Assembly (NCBI GenBank): GCA_951406725.2
Contig: OX597825.1
Span: forward strand, 42,532,001 to 42,596,000
DNA from: Octopus vulgaris
Taxonomy: Eukaryota
Length of the DNA stretch: 64,000 nucleotides
Direction: 5' to 3'
The position numbers were made by a program, and so were the translations under genes. A model generated the notes under the pieces. That model did no database searches. It had not been told where the DNA came from and saw nothing but the letters and a program-made list of their open reading frames with translations. Shown here in pieces: positions 1-13,525 of the stretch; position 1 is the stretch's first letter, and each line of letters begins with the position of its first letter.

Positions 1-405
1 ATGAAAGTAAACAGATCAACATACAGACAGATAGGTACATATATTATATGAACAGACAAGCATACATACACACACATACACAAATGAAGACTGAAACACA
101 TGACCATATATACACACACACTTTACTTCACACAAGGACATATATGGAGATACACTTCCATACATACAAACACAGTACATAGTTGCAAAACACACACACA
201 CACACTCAGACATGCACACAAAGGAGACAGAGGTACACACACTCACACACATACACATACATAAAAACAAACACGGAAACACAAACACATGAATATGCAG
301 AATACATACAAATGCACACATATACATACATATATACATATATATATACACACACACACTAATCCACACACATACGCACAAACAAACAAAAAGAACACAG
401 ACAGA
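1..405. repeat. CA/TA-rich low-complexity microsatellite region
   Basis: Degenerate (CA)n/(TACA)n; produces the spurious VCVC-type ORF 16..441. Confidence 0.9.
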
Positions 406-600
406 CAGAGTTAAAACTATTGAAAATGTTGCAAGGCGCAACCAAAATTTTAGAAAAAATAAAAAAGAAGTGGAAATTTTACCGGGGAGTGTGTTAAATT
501 ATAAGGCACTAAAAGAGAATGACTCTCCTCAGACACAACAGAACATGCTTCAAGACACGAACTCACATAAAGAATCTTGCAAGCCAAATGCAAAAACGAA
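405..600 (+). repeat. Dispersed repeat (probably Penelope-associated) with a degenerate hammerhead-like motif
   Basis: Homologous to 57120-57330 and, inverted, to 56855-56990. Contains cta-ttgaaaa-t-GTTGC-aaggc-GCAAC-caaa-att-ttag at about 418-453. Confidence 0.55.
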
Positions 601-639
601 ATATATATATATATATATATGTTTGTATGTATATGTATA

Positions 640-757
640 TGGCACAAGTATGGATGTATGATAAGAAGTTTGCTTCCCAACTACATAGTTTCAGGTTCAG
701 GCCAACCAAAGCCTTGTGAGTGGATTTGGTAGAAGGAAATTGAAAGAAGCCCATCGT
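640..757 (+). mobile_element. Truncated tRNA-derived SINE (major family)
   Basis: ggttcag...ccaaagccttgtgagtggatttggtagaaggaaattgaaagaagccc matches the full copies at 13526 and 21058. Confidence 0.8.
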
Positions 758-779
758 ATATATATATATATATATCATG

Positions 780-1253
780 AAATAATCATGGAGGACCATC
801 ACCAAACAGTTGACAGATTTGTCGATGTGACTGGTGTATCCTGGAGCTCCTGGCAATGAATTTTGAGTGAGGAATTGCAAATGAAAAGAGCTGCAGCAAA
901 ATTGTGCCTCACTTGCTCATGGATGATCAAAAGCACTCATGACTGAATGCATGTCATGAAATGAAAGAACAGTTGTAAGTTAATCTGGACAATTTTTCGA
1001 AGATCATCACTAGGGATGAAAGCTGGTGCTACAGAATTTGCAAATATGGAAGAGGTGAAAAAAAAAAAAATTACAGAGGCGTTAAAAGGCATCACTTCTC
1101 AAAACTTCCTGTACTGCTTCAAACAGTGGAAAATGCACCTAGACCAATGCATTACTTCAAATGGAGAATACTTTTGAAGGTGATAAAAGTGTAAACATGT
1201 AAAACTGAATGAATAAAATAATATTGCAAAATTTGGATTTCTTTTGGGTACCT

Positions 1254-1256
<3 letters not shown>
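780..1256 (+). mobile_element. Internally deleted Tc1/mariner relic
   Basis: Translates (with stops and frameshifts) to EELQMKRAAAK..VPHLL..KIITRDESWCY (TGDE motif), then FKQWK..LDQCITSNGEY.FEGD. Ends in TIR-like tttgggtacctcc followed by TA. Confidence 0.8.
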
Positions 1257-1296
<40 letters not shown>

Positions 1297-1299
<3 letters not shown>

Positions 1300-1353
1300 G
1301 GTGCCCCAGCATGGCCACAGCTCGTGAGCTGAAAGCAGATAAGATAAGATAAG

Positions 1354-1355
<2 letters not shown>
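1297..1355 (+). mobile_element. Isolated CR1-type 3' tail inserted in (TA)n
   Basis: ggcggtgccccagcatggccacagctcgtgagctgaaa is nearly identical to the CR1 3' end at 46900-46941 (reverse complement). Confidence 0.75.
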
Positions 1356-1410
<55 letters not shown>

Positions 1411-1776
1411 TAGAGAGAGAACTAATAGTGAGGGATTCTCAATCTGGGAAAACTACTTCATAAGCTCTTGGTTGGCACACCATGCTAACACAATATTGTT
1501 TAGATTAGTGAGGAACATCAAGTATTCTTATGGCGGGGTCAACGTTTATGTTTCACCTCAATTCTGTATTGTAAATCCATGGTTGGGCTTCAGTCAAACT
1601 GCTTTTCACACTGAGTGATATATAAGTCAAGGTATGCATATGCATATATGTAACTTGTGTGTGTGTACATACATTCATGCATGCTCATACATACATTACA
1701 CAGACACACACATGCATATATATATGTGTGTGTGTGTTTGTTATATATATATATATACACACACATATATATATAT

Positions 1777-1778
<2 letters not shown>

Positions 1779-1842
<64 letters not shown>
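1779..1842. repeat. (GATA)n microsatellite
   Basis: Direct reading. Confidence 0.95.
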
Positions 1843-1844
<2 letters not shown>

Positions 1845-2377
1845 ATAGGTATATGCACCCTTGCATGTGAGTATATTCATATCTATATATGTGTTTACAT
1901 ATATACATGTGTAGATGCCTTCATGCATATAGACATACATAGATGTGTGCCTGAGGATATGTGTTTGTACAACAGGTTTTGTTTAATAACAATTATTTTC
2001 TATATATATACATTATTTTTTTTTATATATAATAAATGTGTATCTATCAGCAACCACCCTAATTCTTTAATACATTTATCCCTGGATTCTATTAAGAATT
2101 TAATCATTTCCTCAGGCTCTTTTTTGTCACTTAAAAGTGGTGTTCTTCCCCACTTGCATACTTCTTTCTTACTTTTTTTTTTATAACATGCAACTGTCTT
2201 TCTGGGTATACCAAAGCCATGAATTGGAAAATAATGTAGTTTAGTTTCCATATAATGGATTTGCCATACTCTGGAAAATGGCTATATTAAAACGAAAATA
2301 ATTCATTTTATTCATCAGCATTAAAACTTCATTAAAAATCCACCTTTCTTATTTACGTAACATCTATGTGTGTTTGT

Positions 2378-2425
<48 letters not shown>

Positions 2426-2899
2426 AATGTAGATGTGGAAACATCTCATACGTTTGGTGTGAATAACTTAATATATCACGTATTTTGAGCATGTCAGATA
2501 TACAACAGATGAAATTGTGATGCATTCAGTAATGTTCTTCAGCAACCAATCGAATATTGATGTGTAATCATATTTTGAAGTTTTGCAAACCATTTTTTTT
2601 TTCATAAATTATTGCTTGGAATCCTATTGAAAATCTATTGAGATAAACTCAGAACTGCATATATGATGATGATGGAAACTCCTATTTAAAATGAGGTGTG
2701 GATGTTCACTAAAGACCAAACAATTCTAGCCAACTTGAAATGATAAAAAGCTAACAATATTCAAAGAAACTCAAAGACTGAAAAAATACATCACAAAATC
2801 ATAAAGCAAACACAAGACTAGTAAAATGATTCTGATACAGAACTGGTTATCCACATATACATACATTAAAATAATTCATTTTATGTTTGTTATTTACTG

Positions 2900-3336
2900 T
2901 AGATGTTTTTCAAACAACTTGCACATGCAACTGCTACCAGTCGAGAGCTCCACATGCCAGAAACCAGCAAATGTATGGGGTCATCAGGAGAGAATGCATG
3001 CCATTTCAGGGCCGACCTCTCGACAACATCAATACACACTGCCCACCCCCCACTGATATGAGGCCTCACTTGCTAGAATGACTGGTTACCAAATAAAGCT
3101 CAATATTCTTCTAGCCATCACTTATCGTCCTTTTTTAACCAAATCCAGTGGCTAGCCTTTTCCACTGTAGTTTGGATATCGGTCATGGTGGTATTTACTT
3201 TATGATGAGTTAGGCCTAACGATAACAACAGTTGACTCACACCATTTCCAACAAACTCTCTACATCTGACTTCAGTAATGTGTATCTTTAGTCTTGTGGA
3301 TGTTTTACAAAGATGTTCGCAGAGTATACACGTCAA
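2900..3336 (-). mobile_element. 3' fragment of an RLE-type non-LTR retrotransposon (HERO/NeSL-like)
   Basis: TEVRCREFVGNGVSQLLLSLGL...VEKASHWIWLKKDD resembles the VEVGCRGF...AE(K/R)AS.W(I/L)W C-terminus of restriction-like endonuclease elements. Confidence 0.6.
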
Positions 3337-3559
3337 ACTGATATTATTTTGAGCAGTATAGCTACAGAAATGGCTAGTTATGTTAACATTTTACCTGGCT
3401 GCAAAATCTCAATCAGGGCAATTATAATTTGCAAGATATTAAAATGTTTAGTGATATAGTTTGTTTGTTTTTTTTACACAGCATACTATGAAGAATGACA
3501 CTGCTTTGAAGTTTGTAAATTTTGCACAATGTTGACTACTCCAATCCTATTGGTTGTAA

Positions 3560-4130
3560 CAACATCCTCAGAATTACACACTCATATTCAGGCATTTTCA
3601 ATTATCCCTTAATTTGTCATTATACAATAGTAGTGATCTACCAACACTCCACTGAATATTTTCAATTTGCTCTAAAAGACTTGCTTTGGTATTCTATCAT
3701 TGCACATTCATAAAACATGACCAAACCACCTCAGATGAGCCCTACTCAGGAAAGCTTCAATTCTAAGGATATATCACATTCACTGAATATCGCTGTTCTT
3801 CACTCTGTCATCCCATTAGATGTTGCATATTCATTTCAGGCAACTCATTTGAAAGCTATTTAATTGATCGATATGCTTTTGATAAACACATCAAGCAGTT
3901 GAATAGCCTTCGATAAGGTGTCCAAGATTCTGCCTCATATAAGAGAGAAGTTAGAATAATCATTTTATATATTTCAATTTTTGCCTTAATTGAAGCATTC
4001 CAAAGCATTCCAAATCCTCTCATAACTTGCCAAAATTTGTGCTTGCTTTTCTTGTACGTGCTTCAATCTCTTTATCAAGCTTAATTTTCATTTGTCATAA
4101 CTTTTTGAATTGTGTTACACATCCCTTGTG
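3560..4130 (-). mobile_element. Decayed RTE (BovB-like) LINE C-terminal fragment
   Basis: Reverse strand reads LDKEIEARTRKASTNFGKL..KIEIYKMIILTSLLYEAESWTPY..HLRWFGHV..DRIPKQVF, with stops. Confidence 0.75.
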
Positions 4131-4211
4131 TTTCCATACTTTGCTATGATCCTCACCTTACTAAAGGCCTCAAGTCCCTTACAGCTACCTCTCTCTGTAT
4201 CTCATGTGTAT

Positions 4212-4360
4212 GGCAATGCTGGCCATTGCTTGTTCATGATGGCAATGCTGGCCATTGTTTGTTCATAATGATAATGCTGGCCATTGTTTGCTTGTAGTGA
4301 TGCTGGCCATTGCTTATTCGCGATGTCAATGCTGGCCATTGCTTGTTTGTGACGGTGATG
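4212..4360. repeat. Minisatellite of about 29 bp, about 5 units
   Basis: Unit ggcaatgctggccattgcttgttcatgat, with an internal GCAATG/CATTGC palindrome. Confidence 0.85.
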
Positions 4361-4609
4361 CAGGCAACTTCCAGTTGTAAACTATTTAAAGAACTCTCTG
4401 GTTTTCCAAAGTCACACATTCCTGCTCCACTGTATGTTGATTCTATCATATCACACAAAATGTCCGGCTAAGTTTAAGAAATTTCTCGATCTCTTAATTG
4501 CTCATTATTCTCTTATCTAATTTGCTTACATGTGATGCTAACGTGTATTTTGAGTTAAAATAACTTTTGTGGTTTATATTTCTTTAAATTTTTCATTAAC
4601 TTTTAAAAT

Positions 4610-5750
4610 CACATTACATGTAGTCAGAGTGTGTGATAGAGTGCTTAAGCTTAGGCTAGTCTTACAGAGTAGTGTAGTGACAATTATCTCTGTCTATGTC
4701 CCTCAAGCAGGCCTACCAAATGAACAGAAGGACCACTTTTATGATATTCTGCTGAAGGCTACCTCAAAGATGAGTGACAATGATCTCTTCATGGCTAGGA
4801 ATTTCAACAGGCATGTTGGACAGCAGCCTGATATCTTCCAGGGTGTGATGGGGGCCATGAAATTAGCTCCTGAAACGAAGAGGGAACAAGGCTACTGGAG
4901 TTCTGTGATGCAAATAACCTTTTGATCTGCAACATCAACTTCAAGAAGCCAGCCAGCCATCCCATAACCAACCAATCTGGTGTCCCTGCTATCCATTCTC
5001 ACCAGACAGCGGGATGCATGGTTGCTCCTACATACAAAAAGCCTCCCTGGTGAAGGATGTACCCCTCCCCCAGCATACACTAGTCATTAATGACTTTAGA
5101 CTCCAGGCCAGAAGGATGCTAAGAAGTAAATCAATCTGGTAAAGAAAGATTTGGAAGCTTAAGGACCCTTCATATGGTCAGAGATTTAGGGACATCCTAA
5201 CTGAGAAATTTGATGAAGGGGAGGAGGAGCTACAGACTTGTGATATAGAGGACAACTGGGGATTCATGAGGGAGAGCTTGCTGAATGCCACAGACCAAAT
5301 CTGTGGCTGGTGCAAATTCTCATCAAGAATGTTGATGACAGTGCCAGATATGACAATGAGGATAGTTGGGCATCCAGTTCTTATTCTATAAACACACTTC
5401 CTGAATTACTGAATTTCTGTTTAGTTAACTCCATAATCATGTTGTTATATTATATTAAAGACTTTGGCACCATTTGAGCATGATCATTACCAAAGTCGCC
5501 TTACTGGCACCTGTGCAGGTGGCATGTGTAAAAGATTCAAGCGAGGTCGTTGCCAGTACCGCCTGACTGGGCCCCGTGCCGGTGGCACATAAAATGCACC
5601 CACTACGCTCTCGGAGTGGTTGGCGTTAGGAAGGGCATCCAGCTGTAGAAACTCTGCCAAATCAAGATAGTAGCCTGGTGCAGCTATCTGGTTCGCCAGC
5701 CCTCAGTCAAATCGCCCAACCCATGCTAGCATGGAAAGTGGACATTAAAC

Positions 5751-5781
<31 letters not shown>

Positions 5782-8008
5782 CCTTTGTTTAGAATTGTGA
5801 GGAGCAAAGAACTGAAGTGTTTTGGATTGCAAGTCAGTGTGTGAGGGAAAATCGTGATGTCATAGGAGAAAAATATGTCCATATGGATGGTGGTGCGCTT
5901 GCATGTAATGATTCTTCAAAGAAAGAGGCATGGATATGCCATTATGAAAGACTGCTGAACATAAAAGAATGAGTGAGAGGAGGAGAGTCTGTCAAATGGT
6001 GACCCAACTGAAGGACCGTCTACCCAAATTGACAGTTCCCTGGTAGATAAAGCAATTAATGATATGAAGACAGGAAAAGCCCTTGACCCATCATGAATCA
6101 CCACTGAGATGCTTAAAATATCTGGTGGTGTGGGTTATGGTCTAGTCACCCATATTGCAAATCAGGTGGTTCATGAAGGAGTCATAACCAATGACTGGTG
6201 TAGCAGCACCATTGTCAACTGCTACAAAAGTAAAGGTGATGCCTTAGACAGAAATAATTACAGAGGTATCAAATCTCTGGATCAGGTGATGAAAGTTACA
6301 AAGAGAGTCATAGCTCAACTAATTAGGGAGAGAGTTAGCTTAGATGAGATGCAGTTTGATTCTGTGCCCGGGAGAAGCACCACTGATGTTATATTTCTGG
6401 TAAGGTAGCTACAGGAGAAATACATAGCTAAAGATAAATCTCTGTACTTGGTCTTTGTTGACTTGGAGAAAGTCTTTGACAGGATCCCCAGATCTGTTAT
6501 CTGGTGGTCAATGCAGAAACTAGGGATAAATGAGTGGTTGGTAAGAGCTGTACAAGCTATGTACAGGGATGATATAAGTAAGGTGAGGGTTGGCAATGAG
6601 TACAGTGAAGAATTCAGGGTACAAGTTGGGGTTCACCAAGGATTGGTGCTCAGCCCCCACTTGTTCATCATAGTCTTCAAGGTAATAACAGTGGAATTCA
6701 AGACAGGCTGCCCCTGGGAGCTCCTCTATGATGATGAGCTTACTCTTATAGCTGAATCACTACCTGAACTAGAGAAGAAGTTCCAGGTATAGAAGCAAAG
6801 TCTAGAATCGAGGGGCCTTAGAGTTAACCTAGCAAAAACCAAAGTCTTAGTAAGTAAGAAGGCAGAAAAATCACAAATCCCTTCAGGTAGACGGCCCTGC
6901 TCAATCTGTAGAAAACGTGTAGGTAGCAACTCCATAAGATGCACTCGGTGTAAGCCTTGGACACATGAGAGGTGCAGCAATATCAGAGAAAGGTTAACAG
7001 GGAAACTAGCTTTTGTGTGTGGAAGATGCACAGGTACTATAAACAGTGTAAATGTGAAGAAAATAGACTCCATCAACTGTCAGGGGGCAAGCTGGTGGTA
7101 GTATGTAGCTTCTGTTATCTAGGTGGATGCCCCAAGAGCATAGCTATGATAAGATTAGGCTGGGTAAAGTTCAGAGAGCTCCTACCCCTGCTGGCAACAA
7201 AGGGCGTCTCTTGCAGAGTGAAAGGCAGATTGTTTGATGCCTGTGTGAGAACAGTTATGCTGCATGGCAGTGAAACATGGGCTATGACAGCTGAGGACAT
7301 GCGTAGGCTTGAGAGAAATGAAGTCAGTATGCTTTGCTGGATGTGTAATGTCAGTGTACATGTTCAACAAAATGTAAGCATCTTGAGAGAAAAGTCAGAC
7401 ATAAGATGCATCAGATGTGATGGGCAAGGGAGACAACTGCACTGGTATGATCATATGATGCATATGGACGAGGACAGTTGTGTAAAGAAGTGCCAATCTC
7501 TAATTGTAGAGGGAACCTGTAGTAGAGATAGATCCAGGAAGACATGGGACAATGTGGTGAAGCATGATTTTCAAACCATGAGCCACACAGAGGCAATTAC
7601 TAGTGACTGAGACTTTGTTGATGTGCTTGCTTGAGAGGACCTGTCACGTGAAATCATAGCCGTGGTGACTGGAACCCATGCTGGTGGCACGAAAAGAACA
7701 CCTTTCGAGCATTGGGCCTCATGGAGGCAAAGTGGCTGAGTTCTTTTTGAGTGTTGGGCTTCAAGGAGGCATTAGGTCATGCTTGAGAAGAAGACACATC
7801 AAGTCGAGCAAAATCACAGTTAAGGTAGATACTGGTGTCACATAAATGGCACCCATGCTGGTGGTTGGCATTAGGAAGGGCATCTAACCATAGAAAACCA
7901 TGCCAAATGAAACTGGAGTCTGGTGCATCCTTCCAGCAAGCCAACCTGGTCAAACTGTCCACCTCATGCCAGCATGGACAACGAACGTTAAATGATGATG
8001 ATGATGAT
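4610..8008 (+). mobile_element. Decayed RTE-clade LINE (APE endonuclease + RT + PHD-like finger + 3'UTR ending in (GAT)n)
   Basis: IISVYVPQAG/FNRHVG (endonuclease); NYRGIK, QFDSVPGRSTTD, FVDLEKVFD, GVHQGLVLSP and ELLYDDEL (RT); LHGSETW. Many stops and frameshifts; interrupted at about 5330-5780. Confidence 0.92.
5470..5781 (+). mobile_element. RTE 3'-UTR-derived insertion nested in the RTE LINE
   Basis: ggttggcgttaggaagggcatccagctgtagaaac...ccaacccatgctagcatggaaagtggacattaaac(GAT)n; same tail type as 7850-8008, 18730-18797 and 22470-22630. Confidence 0.8.
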
Positions 8009-8049
8009 GTTTATGACTGTGGAACCAAGGTAAGTGAAAGCATTGACAG

Positions 8050-9720
8050 TTAAGATTTTTAGATTCAGTATACTTTCTGAAGATAGGCTCTGGATTATAT
8101 GCTGACCGGATGCAATCAAAACAGATGCTTTCTTGTTTTTATGCTTATGGACAAAACCAAAAGATCTGAGTGCTGCAGCAAATTAATTTGACAGTCTGTT
8201 GAATATCTTTGAGAGAATGGACAAGCTGATCAGAGATACCAGCAAAGTGCAAGTTCCTGATAGCATGAAACAATTTTTTTTTTTCTCTAAAGACGTGGCT
8301 GATTCAAGATATCAACAGTAGTGTAATATTCCACATGGGTATCTTCTGTAACATCAACAAAAGGCATTTTCTTACATAACTACAAAGAATAAAGCAAATA
8401 ATACTGGTTCCAACTCAGTCTTGTCACTTCAAATTATTCTGTACATACGTGTGTGTGTGTGTGTGCAATTTTCAAATCTTTTGAGACCAATTGAAAATCC
8501 TCTTACAGCATTTTTCACTTTGCCATCAAAGTTTTTAAGACTTTCCATCAAACAGATTGTTTATGTATTGTGTTCTATCTCACAGATGCAGCCAAATGAG
8601 ACGAATAGTTCCATCGTATTGGACCAGGATTTAGAAAGTGTTTCCCCACATAATTATCAAGTAAAGACGTTTACTTTGTGGAGCTGCTAAACGTGATGAT
8701 ATAAAAAGAAGTTTATTTAATATAAAAAGAAGTTTATTGCAACCAAGACTTAAAACATGATGAATCTGTCAGACATAACAGTACAAAAAATAGCCTCTCT
8801 CTCTCTTTCTCTCTCCCCACCTACTCACTTAATTATTGCCTGAGCATCATTAAACATGCTTGCCATAATAGTAGTGCCATCATATGTTTGAGAAACTAAT
8901 TTTTTAGAATGCCTAAATTATTTAAAGCTGAATATAAGCTAGCCTGACCACTTCTATCTTCACTAATGTCAGGGAACCTTAAAAATCTTTCCCAAATTTG
9001 TCCATTTCTGTCAACATAGTGCACAATAAATGACAGCTGAGACAAGCAACTTATGTCAGAAGCTTCATCTATTAAAATAGCAATATACATTAATTCTGTA
9101 ATCTCTTTTAATTTGGCCCTGAAGAATGGTAGTAAGTGAATGGATTAGATTGTTCTGAATAGTTGTTGACAACCCTTTCAAAACAGGAGCAGTTTTATTT
9201 TTAAAGGCTTTTGCAATTATTCATCAACTTCGGTGATGCAGAAGGTTAACTCAGTATAGTTACCTCTATCTTCAAATAACTCACTTTTATCAAGAGCACA
9301 AACCCCCAATTCCATATTGTTCACTAATAGCAAATGCTTTCTGCTTGTCAAGCACTAAATCGATTCTACCTGCTTTTCCAAGTAGTTTAAAATCAACAGA
9401 GATTTATATACAGATAACTGACTGTTCACGGTGAGTGATTGCACCACGCAAGTTATTTAAATTGTCATATTTTTTTATTTACAGAACTCCAAACTGAATT
9501 TTCATTTGAAAATGGTAGACATTGCTGGCAGTACAATTTATTATCAGAAATATTTCTACATGACTATTTGTAAGTTACATGTAGTTCTGAGAAAAACTTT
9601 CTCATGCATCTTTCTTTTGTTTATTTTCATTAAGTTTTATGTCAATGGAAATAGGCCTTCCATCATCAACAATACATTTCCTCTCCTTAAAAGACAGAAG
9701 ATAAAATTGTTTCAATATAC
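8050..9720 (-). mobile_element. hAT-superfamily (ZMYM1/TTF-type) transposase pseudogene
   Basis: Reverse strand motifs EDRGNYTEL, IAILIDEASDISCLSQLSFIVHYV...ERFL, QTYDG and IRWNYSS, with stops. Confidence 0.8.
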
Positions 9721-9891
9721 TGGAGAAAATTCAATGCCATTGACTACTAATATGAGTATTAAATTAGTACTAGCCAACAGGATGGAAGTTAAGCCTCTTA
9801 TTTATTAATCCACCCAAAGAAACGAGAAAATAACTTCAAACACCAAAACAGTAATTTAAAAGGTTAAAATGATAATGAATTATTGGTTGTA

Positions 9892-11015
9892 TTAGGTTGG
9901 AAAAAAATCCAGTTACTGGAAAAGAAAAAAACAAATGCTTCTTGAGTTTTATTTGAGATATTTACTCAAGATAATATTTCCCCTCATTATTGATAACATA
10001 ATCACATCTATTTGGCAAATTGTTGATCCTTCAGCTTTCAAAGCAAAGAAACACTCAATATCATTTTTTTAACTTCTTTACAATTTGTTTTTCCTTTATA
10101 TATTGTTGCAGTGATCTGAAAAGATAGATCAAGGTCAGGAGAATAAGGAGGATAAGAAAAAAACTTCTACATTTAGTGCCATCCTTTTCTGGGTGACTTA
10201 GGCAATGTATTAACTTACATTATTGAGTAAGATTAACACCCCTTTTAAACTGACCAATGATGGGTGCTTTTTCTGGAAAGTTTGTGCAACGCTTCCAATT
10301 GACCACAAGACTTCTCTAAATTAACAGTTTCATTTTGGTTTAACACTCCATGATTGACAACCAAACACAGAGCATTAATTTATCAGTGTATGGTTCTGGT
10401 GTGGAGATGAATCCTCCTTTTCCATGTGGTCTTAACCATCGTCATTTTTATTGGATATAATATAGAGAACTCACTTTTCATTACTTGTGATAGTCTTAAC
10501 CAGGAGAGGTTCTGCAGTAAGTCTACTATTCAATGATGAGCAGGGGGCAACTCTGAGAAGCAGTCTGACCAAGTTTAAACATGTGTCCTGCTAACTCTCA
10601 TGCAGTTTGCTTGGAATTTTCCTCATCTATGGTTTTCAGAAGCTTAATACCGACAGAACTTGGTCATCCACAGCAAGAGTAATCTGTAAGAGAAAAACAC
10701 TGGGAAGGAAATTGGTCAAGTCATTGCTAGCATGTCTAAACAATCAAAGCTACATTTTTGTTGACAGTACAAATATTTCTTGCCACTTCTATTGCTAAAC
10801 TGTCTCTTTTGAATCCAAAAAGCATGTAGTGTCTGGTCTAAATCAATTTTGAAAGAATAAAATCAATATGTATTTAACCACTCTAGTATAAATTAATCAG
10901 AAAAGGAAGAAAAAATATTTGAATATAAAAATTAATGCAAATTTTTGTGTATGAATTGAAAATTACTCTCGATGAGATCATGTCAAAAATGTGACAAGAT
11001 TTTCTTTCTAACCCG
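9892..11015 (-). mobile_element. Mariner relic
   Basis: PYSPDL motif (reverse complement of about 10130-10155); degenerate TIR-like ends ttaggttggaaa / tttctaacccgg. Confidence 0.7.
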
Positions 11016-11148
11016 GAGTTGTTTTCTATTGTAAAACTAATTTCTTTTTGTGGCTTCTGCCATATTTTGTTTTTCTTTTTTACTCTAAAGTTTCAGGCAT
11101 GCATTGCAATTATAACGGAAATGCCACAAATACATACATGCATGCATG

Positions 11149-11220
11149 CATACATACATACATACATACATACATACATACATACATACATACATACATA
11201 CATACATACATACATACATA
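11149..11220. repeat. (TACA)n microsatellite
   Basis: Direct reading. Confidence 0.95.
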
Positions 11221-11254
11221 CACTTACATGCATACATATTGCTTATCTTTTATA

Positions 11255-11500
11255 TGTTTCAGTCACTGGACTGTGGGCATGCTGGAGCACTTTGAAAAGT
11301 TTTAGTCAAGTGAATTGACCCCAGTACTTATTTATCAAGCCTGGATTTTATTCAAATATTTCAAATATCTTTTGCCTACAATGTACATTATGAGGCTACA
11401 GTAAAAGACACTTGCTCAAAGTACCGCACACTAGGACTGAACCTGGAATCATGTGGCTAGGAAGAAATCTTCATACTACAAATCTATACTTGTGCCTTAT
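11255..11500 (-). mobile_element. Degenerate SINE (major family)
   Basis: tttcagtca...gcatgctggagcac tail and gacacttgc...ggactgaacc head on the reverse strand. Confidence 0.75.
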
Positions 11501-12832
11501 ACATATGTAAGTGTGCATTTTGATTTCACTACACGATACCCAAACACTTGTATACCCATAAACTATAATCATTTAAGCTAAAATATATACATTTTTAGAT
11601 ATCCTTCTTGCTATAAAGAGTCAAATGTAGTTTAATATATGAGATAAATTTATTTATTTACTCATTCTACTCATTCTGTTATTTATACATGCCTATAAAC
11701 AAAATAATATATTTCATTCACTTTCTACATTGTTAAAATAATTTTCTTGCTTCTCAGAACTTATATGTTAATTACAGAAAGATATCTTTTCCTTTCCTAA
11801 TTTTTATACATTATATATTTATGAATTTTTCTAAGTTCATCACAGAATATGTAAATTTATTTTCTAAAGAAATATTTCACTTTTTTTATGTATTAATAAT
11901 TAGATGTATGGAATCTATAGTTTCCAACCAAATTGTTATCGCATAAAACTGCATAACTGCAACCAGTTTATATAAACAAGCTTCAAAAACTTTTTAACCA
12001 GTTGCCTGATGACTGGTGTTGAGAAACCCTGAGATGATTCATTGAGACCCTTGCTATGCTATTTCATGTGTGTGCGTGTGATTGCATGTGTTTGAGCTTA
12101 GAAGTGAGCTTAGAAAACATTATTTGCAAAATAAGATTTAATTTCTAACACAATGATTTATATTTTTGTGGACTGATACATTGCCCAAAGAAAGAATGTA
12201 TAATAAATCAATAGGAACCTGAAGTTACTTCAAAGGTCAGCACTTTGTATCTGGCCCCTGATACTCTGGTAATGTATTTAGTTAAAAACTTTAACACCTA
12301 GAGGGCTCATTCACATAGTTTTAGATAGACTAGGCAGAACATATCGCTATGACAACCATGTGGATTGATAAATATTTAATTAGCTTGCACTGTTCAGTTT
12401 CATACCACTTGGAGAGAGATGGACTTCACTATAATCACTTGTCGTAGCTAAATTGCATAAAAATACAATTTTCTGTAATATTCTTAATTATGTCCTTAAT
12501 GGCTTAGAGGAGACATCCTCATACCATAGAGACACACACAACCTTTGATTATTTCCTTCTGGTAGAAGTTACCAAATCATGTAAATAGAAATAATGGCTA
12601 TAAGGCTAATATTCATATCTGGAATATGATTTTAGAAATTATCTATGAACATAACTCCAAACTATAATTGGATTTAATGAAGTAATATCCAACTTCTTTG
12701 AAAAAAGTGTGAGCTTCTCATTTCTCTCTAAGTAAAAAATTAATATATTAAAGATTTGAAAAAGACTGATTAGAAGTACTAACAGATGTTTACAATATTA
12801 AAACTTAAAGTTGTCATTAGTATTTTTTTTTA

Positions 12833-13240
12833 ACTTGTTTCAGTCATTTGACTGTGGCCATGCTGGAACACTGCCTTTAGTCAAGCAAATCGGCCCCAGG
12901 ACTTAGTCTTTGTAAGCCTAGCACTTATTCCATCAGTCTCTTGTGCTGAACTGCTAAGTTACGGAGATGTAAATACACCAGCATCGGTTGTCAAGCTATG
13001 TTGGAGGGACAAACACAGACACACAAACATATACACACACACACATATATATGTATATATATATATATATATATACGACGGGCTTCTATCAGTTTCCATC
13101 TATCAAATCCACTCACAAGGCTTTGGTTGGCCCAAGGCTATAGTAGAAGACACTTGCCCATGGTGCCACGCAGTGGGACTGAACCCAGAACCATGTGGTT
13201 GGTAAGCAAGCTACTTACCACACAGCCACTCCTGCGCCTA
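12833..13240 (-). mobile_element. Full-length tRNA-derived SINE
   Basis: A box tggctgtgtgg, B box ggttcagtccc, internal (TA)n(TG)n, tail ccagcatggccacagtcaaatgactgaaacaag. Confidence 0.92.
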
Positions 13241-13525
13241 TTTACAGTTGCCAACTGTAATTTAATTTTTTATTTCTTTTTGTAGATATAGGCACTTAGA
13301 TATTTTATTCCAAATCTTAATTTCATGCACACACACATATAACCATTACTGATGACACATAATGTATGTATTTTGATTATACAGTCATTAGCTGCAGAAT
13401 AGTGACAAAGAGAAAAATCCCTTTAAGATACCAAGTGTTGGAAAGCATTGAATACATCGAGTTTATCTGCTGATTGCAACAACATTGCATAGGTAAAATA
13501 AAATAAAATTTTGAATTATAAACAT

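Noticed and set aside
2975-3030. ctgatga and gaaa in the RLE element 3' UTR as a permuted hammerhead
   Set aside because: I could not build convincing stems I and III.
4212-4360. Palindromic 29-bp repeats resembling a CRISPR array
   Set aside because: The units are contiguous with no unique spacers, there are no cas genes, and the context is eukaryotic. It is a minisatellite.
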